From positions 129,022,001 to 129,086,000 of the forward strand of contig NC_042999.1 in the NCBI RefSeq assembly GCF_006345805.1: 64,000 bases of DNA, in the 5' to 3' direction. The position numbers and the translations under genes were made by a program. Below the pieces are notes generated by a model. The model was not told where the DNA came from, ran no database searches, and saw only the letters and a list, made by a program, of their open reading frames with translations. Of the stretch, positions 53,566-64,000 are shown piece after piece. Position 1 is the stretch's first letter; the number at the start of each line of letters is the position of its first letter. Source of the DNA: Octopus sinensis. Lineage: Eukaryota.

Positions 53566-56500
53566 TTTTCAGTGTATCTGCCACACACAAAAACTATCTT
53601 CCAAGTTAACCTTCCTTTGGTTCAATTTTATAAAAGCTTAAATAACATTTTGAATACTAGTAAATGAAAGAGAATCCTTTAAAGGGTTTGCAACTTTTCT
53701 TTAGCATGATAATGAAAAATTATGTTTTATGTCATCGTAATCCCCACATTTGACTGAAAATGTCAAATTATATGCTGTATATAAATCAGATAAAATTACA
53801 ACACTCATGCATGCAATGCCAGCAAAAAAATTTAAAAAAACAAAAAAAAACTTTGACTAAAAACAGAGTGAACCAAGAGTAAGCTGATCAACTGGAAAAG
53901 ATATTGTATACTAAAGGGTTATGAAAATATCAATACCTTCAAAACCATCATTGTAAACAGTTATCTATAAAAAAATTTATAGTTTTCTTTTTGAAAGATA
54001 ATCATCATCATCAAAAGAACTGCAGCTGGCTGTGAATTTTAAGGATTTGGGCTTGAAGGCCAAGGTGTGATTTCATATCATGCCATCACTGATATACTTT
54101 GTCCCCAGCAAAAAACAGCTAACACTTAACGTAGTCCATCTAGCTGCAAAGAGTCACACCTGACAGGAAGTTGTGTATAAATGGGTATTATAAGAAGGTA
54201 CTACATAACTATCAAGTGCTTTATTAACTTGCAATGCCTTGTAAAGATATTCCCAGAAGTAAAACAAGTGCTAGGTTGGTATGCCCATATTTAGAAGGAA
54301 GAGACATTTTTTTTTTAAATATTTAATACAGTGGGATAAGGTCTAGCATGTCACCTATTATTCAAAATATCTCTTAGAGGCAGGACTGATTACACACACA
54401 CACACAAACACACACACCTCTGAAATGAAAGAGATCAAACTAGGTACTATCAGTCTGCATAATGTGTCTCATAATAGTTCACATAACAACTCAAACCAGC
54501 TAGTCTCATAACTACATAATATATATATATATATATATATCAGTATCAAATCTATCAATTCATAGCTGAATCACCACCACCATTCAAATGGCAGTGCTGT
54601 TTCAATTAGGTTGTTGTATCCAAATCTGGAGGAGGAGATGTTTTTACAAAAATGTTCAACACAATAAAATAAGTTCAGCACATGTTTGACTTAAATATTT
54701 GAATGGATGGTACAGATCACTATAAACACGTTTTCTAACTTTCTGTACAGAGTCTTATTAGAAACAATATAAAAACATATGAGTAAATTCAAATTGCAGT
54801 TTTAAAAGCAATTTTCAAGTTTTAAACCTTCAAAATATATGTTTTTATAAATCTGTTATAAATCATCAAAAATGTGATTTAGCTTGTAAATCATTTATTA
54901 ATAGCAACAATAAAATCATATATCATTATAATTTCTCTATGCTATTGGTATACCAAACCTCACAAATTCCAGTGTACCCTTTCTCTTAGTTAATGTTTTC
55001 ATCCAAACTTTCATAGACTTCGGCCACTAATGTGCCTTAGGAACACACTCTTTGCCAAGAATAAACTTTAAACTCATAATTTTTCTATCTCCTTTTGTTC
55101 AGTATAAAATCAATTAACTTTTCAGTCCCAAGTGATTTCTAGGTAATCAATTAGACTGCTGGCTTCCAACAACTCATGTTATAGAAATTATGTCAGAAAA
55201 CTCTAGCAACATTGTGACCACTTCATTATTAGTGCTATGAACCAGTATTTCGATTTTGGTTTCTAACAAGTCAGTTAAATTTCCCTGACAGTTACTTTTG
55301 AAGGATCTCATCCAATCAATACTGCTTTGGGGCATACACACATTGTAGCAGCAGACTTATGATGTGATAGAATTACATGTTTCAGTACTATAACTGTATC
55401 ATTCACTGTCTATATGATTACCTTTTTTTTTTATTGATATACACATGATTAAAATAATCTATTTGCATGTGTGGGGCTACATTTTATGGTTTAAAGGATG
55501 AATATTTAATACTAAAGCTTTTGCCTCCAGTGGTAACTATGTCTGGGTAAGGATACAGACTAAGTTTTAAAATAACTCTCAAACTGTAACTACAAGATTA
55601 AAAACATTTGAATCAATAATTTACAATTTTTTGTTGAACATGCACATATTTATACACACACATTTATTTGATAACAAATATTTACAACCTAACTGAAAAA
55701 GTTTCTTAATAACAGTGACATATAGACTTACTTATATTTAATAATTTCAGAGGCAGTTTACTTGAATGTTTCTTATATCATTTGATAAAATTTAAGAACT
55801 ACAAGGGAGCAAATATTTAATATGTGCTCAATCATAATTACATGCTCATCAGAATACTTGAGACATCATATCCATCTTGTATTGCAAAGATGCATACAGT
55901 GGAACTCAGTATTGTGGACTCTGTTGATTCAAATTTGAAATACTGGGTGCTGACACTGGATGACAAATTTACATCCAATAGCAGTTTATTTTTGAACCTT
56001 CTCTAAAAAAATGTATAAAACACAGTAGTACCTATTTTATGAGTATATGAAAACCAAAAGCACACTACACACATACCCATAAAACAAAAACTCTCATCGG
56101 CATGAGACTGTGTAAGACAAGGGTTGGCCCTTCAGTAATAGGCACAGAAAACCAACAGACCTTTATAGATTCCATTGATCCATTTTCAATCACTAGGCTT
56201 GCATCAATCCTAGAGTATATATAGTAAAAAGGCATCCATATATGTATATGCACATGAGTAGAGGTGGAAAATGAGAAAGATTAAAAAGTTTCCAGCATGC
56301 AACAATTATGGTACTGACATCAAACTAAACAAAAATATTTTCAGAGGAAGAGAAGTGAATCATATTAGCTTTTATTCATTTCAATCATTGGACTGTGGCA
56401 CTACCTTGAAGGGTTTAGTCAAACAAATTGACATTAGTACTTATATTTTTAATTCTGTTATTTTATTGGTCTCTTTATCAAACCACTATGTAACAGGGAT

Positions 56501-56580
56501 GTAGACAACCCAACAATGGCTGTCAAGTGGTGAGTGGGGGACAAGCATGAGCACAAAGAAAGAAAGAAAGACATTCATCC

Positions 56581-56650
<70 letters not shown>

Positions 56651-57948
56651 GATGATGATAAGATGATAAGATAACGGTAGTCTCTCACAGTCCAAGAAAG
56701 GCAGTTCTGCAATTTCTTGCTGAATAATCTGCACCAATGATTTGTTTATAGTTATCAAATGTTTGTGCTGTCCATTAGCTCACTCCCTTCATCAAATCAA
56801 TGTTGCCTGTACACATGCATGATATACCACACATCAAGTGTCACAGTGATTGCAGAGCAATATGAGATGAAGTGCACTGCTCAAAAACAGAATGCACTGC
56901 CTGCTCCAGGAATTGAAATCACAATCTTGCGATCGTGAGTGCAACACCCTAACCACTAGGCCATGTTCCTGCACACATATATATAAATACATATACATAC
57001 ACACACATGTATATGTATACATGTATGTGTATGTGTGCAAACAATGATAGTTGTATCATTGTTTTAATGTCTATCATACAATATTTGCATGGGCTCACAG
57101 ATCTACCATCACTGTCCATTATATTGCTATACAAATTTTTCTTTCTTCTTTTTTCTTTTTGTCATCCCCAGATTTGGTTTCATCACATACATCCAATTCT
57201 CTCTTAGTTTTCATACAACAGGTATTTTTTTCTTTTATGCATGTATATGTACACTTGCTTGTGTGAGTGAGTGTATATTTGCGTGTGCGTGTAGGTGCAT
57301 GTGAATAAATATAATATCATCAGTTATATGTTTAACTTTCCCTATTCTCATGTGTTGAATAAGTTTGCTACAGATCATGTTGCCTGTGGCAACACTGCCT
57401 TCTATATAATTATATAAATTACACACATACATACACACAAACATACAAATGCAAGCACATGTGTACACACACACACACACGCACAAAGACACATACACAA
57501 ACAAGTACAGTACCGGGGTTATGATGATAGGAAGTAGTTAATATTTTCTCAATTTCCAGTAGACTGAAACCTAAAAAAAATCATTCAGTGTTGATCATGC
57601 CACTCCAAATACAATTCAGAAAGATAACTGTAGGATGATGACATATAACATCTAGTATTATATAACCAAACATAAACGCTATTGTCCTATTGTCTACCTA
57701 TAGTAGTAACTACCTTAACACTCCTTATTCACAGGTATGTTTCTCATGACAACTTCATGAAAAACTACAAGTGGATCTTCTCCATACAACTCCAGAATAT
57801 ATTATATAAAAAAAATATAGTTTTGAAATATTGAAATATATATATATATATATGCACACACACACACACATACGTACACATGCATACATATATATATATA
57901 TACACACACACACACATACATATACACATATACATGCATACAGACACA

Positions 57949-57982
<34 letters not shown>

Positions 57983-58532
57983 ACACACACACACACAGCG
58001 GCATCATAAGTTTTACACCTACTTCAGGTTACAAGATTTTGTGCTCATGTAAATTGTAAAGTATGCCCACTAGTTTTGGGATATAGTCTTAAAATCCACT
58101 CTTCTTATCCAAAAGGCTCCTCAGTATTTTGATAAAGATCAGAGTATAGAAAACAATTTGATAAAACTGTAATCACAATACATATATGTGTAGACGTGGC
58201 TGTGGGGAGGGAAGCTTGTTTCCCAACCACATGGTTCTCGGTTCATTCCCAATGCACAGTACATTGGGCAAGTTTCCATTGACCAAATACACACACAAGG
58301 TTGATCATGTGTGTGTGTGTGCACACACATATATATATATATAGTTCAAATTTACAGTAAACAAGAGATGAAGACAGGTGAAGGAACAGCAAGCAGGTTG
58401 ATGCTCAGGAAGAATAAAAGCCCTTGACATTTTGAGCCTACACTCTTGAAAGTATTGAAAGGAAAGAAAAATGAAGAGAACAAAATAAAAATGGATATAT
58501 ATATATATATATAATATATATATATATATTAT

Positions 58533-59031
58533 ATTACATGACAAAATGCGAGCATGAAAAATAATATTCTTAAGATTATAAACCTGGAAAAGTAGAAAAG
58601 TACAGGACAAGCTATTACTTCTAGTAAAGTAAAGATATGAAACTTTGTACTTAAAATATTGCAGCAAAGAATGCCAGTTCTTCTAATTTATCACTCTTTA
58701 TAGTTCTCATCTTTTAAATTTATTGTACAAAACTGTTCAGCTAATTTATAAGTTTGTCTAATTAGTCACTTTTTTCTGTATTTAAGATAGTAAATTAGCC
58801 AAATTCTAATTGAATAAGTATAGTGTTATTTGTAAACTATAATAAAATAAGTTTTAATATTCAAATTTGAATTTTAGCTGCAATATTTTAAGTGAAACGT
58901 TTCTTATTCTTTACTTTACTAGAAGTAGTAGCTTGTCCTATACTTTTACAGGTGTAATAACTTGTCCTGTACTTTTTCAGGTTTATAATCTTAAGAATAT
59001 TACTTTTCATGCTCGCATTTTTCCATGTAAT
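58533..59031. mobile_element. MITE-like element, about 500 bp, with about 130-150 bp imperfect TIRs
   Basis: 58533-58665 (attacatgacaaaatgcgagcatgaaaa...atattgcagc) is inverted at 58877-59031. The left end abuts (TA)n. Confidence 0.85.
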
Positions 59032-59898
59032 CCATGATTTTTCCAGGCATTGCTGTTATAAGATAATTAATAACATGTCAATTAATAATTTAAGATTTTT
59101 CCTTATAAAGTACTGAAAGATAATATTTCAATTTTTCCATGTAAGTGATGATAATATTTCAATTTTTTTCATGTTTAATTTAAATAGATGTTGTGATTGA
59201 ATTATTTGATATTAGCCATCCACACCAAATTAGTGGCAGGGATTTTTACCATGTTGTTGATTGCACCATGGCTCACCAAAAGTTACAAACAACAAGGCCC
59301 CAAAACCATCAGTAACCAGGCGCACCTTAAGTAACCTAATTTTGCAATATTAGGAGGTCACAGGAATTCATTTAACGAAAAAGAAATTTCCAGTGATTCT
59401 GGGATTGGTGGGGAGCCCCCCTCCCACCTCATTTTTTCTGAACCAAAATAAGGGATTTGCAGCATATTAGGTCAGGGTAATTGATTCCATGCAAAAAATC
59501 AATTTTTTTTCCTTAGTGAAAATTGTGCAGGTGTTAATATAGAAATTTACCATAATGTTGCTATTTAACCTCAAATCAACCCTGATACCGCAAACATATC
59601 ATCAAAGACATTCCAGCCTTCAGCAAACTGTCTTTTTAGGGATAATCTAGGACATTACATACAATGGGCGTGTGATATAAGTAGGGGATACTTTGGCTGC
59701 TATTTTTAGCATGTTGAGCGACTAGGTAGAGGCTCTCTCATTGGTTCGATTGCATGATAAGATTTTTTTACACATATATGTAATTTGTATATATACCATT
59801 GACAGAAGTTAGAGAGTAAGTCAAAAGCTGAGAGTTTCGTGTATTGGCACTTATCAAACATAAATTTGTCCATTGTCACACTAACTTCTGACAAAATA

Positions 59899-60270
59899 GC
59901 TTCTAAAATACAAAATTTTGTCAAAAACATTAAGAGTAAACCCTGCTCTATGTGACACATTCTACCAGTATTGGAAGTTTGAAAGTGTTTAGTTAAAAAA
60001 AAATAATTAAATAATCTCTACATCTAATTGATGAAAGGCAAAGTCAAATTTGAACTCAGAATGTAAAGACAGACAAAATACCGCTTCTAAATTACAAAGT
60101 TTTGTCAAAAATGTTAAGGGTAAACCCTGTTCTATGTGACACATTCTACCAGTATTGGAAGTTTTAAAGTGTGTAGTTAAAAAAAAATTAATGAAATAAT
60201 CTGTATGTCAAAGTAGTAAAGTTGACCTCAGAGAAATTTGTACTCAAAATGTAAAGACAGACGAAATACT
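59899..60270. repeat. Diverged 184-bp tandem duplication spanning a SINE-B junction
   Basis: gcttctaaa...ctatgtgacacattctaccagtattggaagttt...aatgtaaagacagac at 59899 and 60083. Confidence 0.85.
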
Positions 60271-61853
60271 GCAAAGCATTTTGCCCAGCTCGCTAATGTT
60301 TTTGCCTGCTCGCCGCCTTATAATGTAAACATTCATTTTAGAAATATATTCTCAATTCTTATTACTTAGGCATTACTTCTTACTACCTTACTTACTGACA
60401 TTAAATTTCATAACATTTTACCTTATAATTGTCTTTCTACTACCTTTTGTTCAATGCGACAAATGATTCTGAATTCTTCATGCATTTTTCTATCATTTAA
60501 GCCTAAGAAAAATTTATTTTTAATTTAAAATTAAAACATTTTTTGCTAGTTGAAGATGAATGTCTGCCTTATTGCCCCCTTGAGGTCTGACATATTTTGA
60601 TGTAACTTTTTTTCTACTGTACCAAATCTCATACTATTTATGCCAGAGTGTAGCTGAGGGGGTGTCCTCTTTAAAACAATTTACAGTTTGCAATTTAGTT
60701 GAGAACTGAATTAGTGGTGAAGCTTGGAAGCTGCTGCAATTGACAAAATGGTGGACTTAAGAATATATTCAACTACTACCATGGTTGAATGTGTGTGCAT
60801 ATATATATATATTTACTTATTTGTGTGTATATCTTCATGTTTGTTCCCCACAACCACTTGACAACTGGTATTGGTGTGTCTACATTCCTGTAGCTTAGCA
60901 GTTCAACAAAAGAAACTGATAAAGTACCAGACTTAAAGAAAAAAGAAAAATAAGTACTGGGGGTCAATTTGTTTGACTAAAATTCTTCAAAGCAAGGTCT
61001 CAGCACAGCTGCAGTCTAATGACTGAAACAAGTAAAAGATTAAAAGATATATGTATATACATATATGTGTATTTGTATATTTTCTTGAGTCACAATGACT
61101 CTCTAGATGTGTGTGTGTGTGTGTACATATATAAATCAATCTTTACCACCACTATTTATCATCAACACAAAACTCAATACAACCTCTGCCATTATCAACT
61201 CACCAACTCCTTAATGACCAACAACGATTGCAGTGAGATAAGAAATTCTAAGATAAATGACAAGAACATAAGATAATGTGGAATCCTAGTGTATTTTAGA
61301 GTTGAATAAAATCTCTTTGATCTTAAATCAATGAGGATTGACTAGAGAAGAGACATACAATACAGTTAACGAGAACAGTAGGAATACCACCAACAACAAC
61401 AATACTTCATCATCACCATCACCAAAAGCAATACCACCAACACCACCATCACCTATCCACCAACTTTTCAATATCCAAGTGGCAACAACAATAAATAGTA
61501 TCAGTATAATAGCAATGTCTGCTGCTACATATGTTATATGCCAACACAATGGAGAGAGAGAGAGAGAGAATAGAGTGTGGAGATTTTGTGACAAATCATA
61601 GTTGTAAGGGGCTGTAATCCTTCTACTACCTATAATCATACAGTACTTCCTCCCATCTCACTTCTTCACCCTTTCACAATCTCATTTCCAGTCTTACATA
61701 TATTTCACATTTTTTTTTTGCTCTCACAAAACAGTTCTTTCCTAGTACTACTTTGTGTTACTATATATTTGTTGTGGATAATGCTGATGGCTGCCACTGT
61801 TGGATTTACCTATAATTCAAGGCACCTGGAAAGAAACCAACTGAAGACAATAA

Positions 61854-62900
61854 GTGTGTAAAGGAAACATAAAAGGACTACTTGTGGGAGAGAAAAAACC
61901 CAGCTGCGTTGCCAAAACATTAAAGCTTGTACTGTCTACAATGAGAATAATACATGACAATAGAGAGAAAATTAAGTACTTAAAAAGCTACTATATTAAC
62001 TGCTTCGACCTTGTTTTTTCGGAAGATTTAGTCTAATACTTAGAATGGAATGGCTCTTGAGTGTATGGATGAAGAATCCCATAATGTGCTGATAAACATT
62101 AAGGTAATTAACAAATGCTAAACATTTGCATGATGATTTTCAGAAAAAGGAAGGTGAAACTTCCAATACAAAAACATTCCTCACTGGTGAAGGCTGGTTT
62201 GAAAAGTTGGATCAACACAATATAAAAATGGCTGGTAAAGCTGTCAGTGTTGATACAGAGGCTGCTACCAATTATCCTGAACAGCTGAAGAAAATGATTG
62301 CTGAAAGAAGCTACACACTCCTTGAAAGTATGTAATATCGATAAAATTGGCAGTGCATGTATGCTAAAACTTTTATTTCTGAGAAGGAAAACTAACATCA
62401 AGATTTAAAGCTTCCGAAAATCATCAGACATTTCTTCTGAACAGCATTACCCATTGATGATATGAAATTAAAGCCCCTACATGTGTATCAATCAATAATC
62501 CATGGATTTTCAAGGGTTACACAAAGTTTAATCTACTTCTGATATGACATGCATATAAGGAAGCATGGATGACTGAAAACGTTTTTGAAGAGTTGTTTTT
62601 ACAAACACAGTACAGTGTCAAACATATTTCCAACAGAGCATTGTTCCTTTAAGACAATGGACTAAGCCACCTGGTGAACTTAAATGAGTAGAATACTTTC
62701 TTGCTCCAACCAATACATTACGTTATGATAACTAACTTCAAGTTATATTATCCAAGAATATTGTCCAGATAACTTATCAAAGCAACTGACAGAGAAGATA
62801 AACCTGAAATTACAGACTTTTGGATGAAGTGCCCAGGAAGATTTTTAGAGATAGTAGATACTTTTGTTTACCCAGGTGATCCAATTAACAGCAGAAGAGG
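61854..62900 (+). pseudogene. Decayed Tigger/pogo-family transposase
   Basis: Segments occur in the expected order: psq-type HTH (GEK...VAKTLKLVLSTMRII.DN.EKIK), CENP-B HTH end (GWFEKL..HNIKMAGKAVSVD.EAA..YPEQLKKMI), then DDE region (NIDKIG, TFISEKE, KLKPLHVY, EAWMTENVFEELF, DFW). Many stops and frameshifts. Confidence 0.85.
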
Positions 62901-63169
62901 ATGTTCTAAAAGTATAGTTGCTAGACTAAGATTAGGATTGAGAAAGTTCAGAAAGCTATTACCTTTGTAATAGCAACAAAAGTCTCTTTCTCTCTCTCTT
63001 TACCTCTCTCTCTCTCTCCATACCTCTCTCTCTCTCTCTTTCTCTCTCTACCTTTCTCTCTCTCTCTCTCAGAATGATAAGCAGATTGTATGATACTCAT
63101 ATACAAACACCAATGATACATAGCAGTTGAATGTAGCCCTGAATATAGAAAATACAAAGACTAGAGAAA

Positions 63170-63480
63170 AATGAAGCTAGCATGATCTGCTGGATGTGCA
63201 ACATCACCATGCATGTATGACAAAGTGTAAATGTGTAGAGAGAAAAATTGAGTATAAGAGGCATCAGATATAGTGTGCAAAGGAGAAGACTGTGCATGTG
63301 TGCTCATGTGATGAGGACAGCCGCATAAAGAAGTGTTAATAGCTAAATGTGAATGGAACTTTTGGAAAAAAGAAATCCAAGAAAATGTGGATCAAAAAGA
63401 ATGAGCCTCAGAGAGGAGATGACAAAGAACCAAAATGATTGGCAATTTATTGTGTTTGGGAAGACCTATCCATTTAAACA
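63170..63480 (+). mobile_element. RTE LINE C-terminal remnant
   Basis: EASMICWMCNITMHV*QSVNV*REKLSIRGIRYSVQRRRL... DEDSRIKKC; same family as 52585-53565 but more decayed. Confidence 0.7.
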
Positions 63481-64000
63481 AAGATGAAACCTGAAAAGCA
63501 TATCATTTATGTCTAGGCCTCTGCATACAATCTGTACCAGATGAATCACTCCCCCACAACTCTAGATGTTAAACAATGATGAAGAGGATGATGATATATA
63601 TTAAGACATATGCATGTGTATATAAATCATATGTATATATACGCATGTGTGCATGCATCTGTATATGTATATATTTACATATCTTTGCATGCAACTGTCA
63701 GTGTATGTCTGTGAGAGTTTGTGTGAGTGTACACTATTTTATAATCTTTGAGACAACTTAAGTTCCATGTTTGAAGAAAGATACTTGGCTTGATAGCATT
63801 TTTTTCTCAAATTCCCAGATACTCTTTGGCCATTGGTGACATGAGATTTTTAATAGGAAAAAAACCAATGTGAGTGTAAATGTTTTTGTTTGAAAGGTTT
63901 GGCAACTCAGCAGTATTTAAACATAAGCTGCACTTCTTGGATTGTTAGCAATTAGGAAAATGTTTTAAAATGTTAAAATTTCTTTAAATTTTTTTTCTTT

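Overview
AT-rich, microsatellite-dense animal genomic DNA. The SINE/LINE content suggests an octopus (coleoid cephalopod); this is inferred, not verified. Almost the whole window lies inside one minus-strand gene, an ACK-family non-receptor tyrosine kinase (ACK1/TNK2, Drosophila Ack-like). I reconstructed 8 coding exons by hand: 50657-50766, 31434-31566, 16102-16281, 13901-14053, 12106-12294, 11338-11429, 7402-7528 and 6983-7129. All junctions are GT-AG and the phases match, giving 1131 nt (377 codons) covering the SAM domain and the complete kinase domain. The SH3/CRIB/C-terminal exons and the promoter/first exon were not found and probably lie outside the window. The introns contain several tRNA-derived SINE families, RTE-type LINE remnants, Penelope-like fragments with decayed hammerhead-like motifs, two TTAA-flanked 220-bp MITEs, two long-TIR foldback elements, a decayed Tigger/pogo transposase, a 15-nt minisatellite and at least six local direct duplications. 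Nearly all short ORFs in the track are microsatellite or repeat artefacts. I found no convincing new protein-coding system; the best leads are transposon architecture and intronic dsRNA. Repeat boundaries are approximate unless a TSD or TIR is quoted, and identities were counted by eye.
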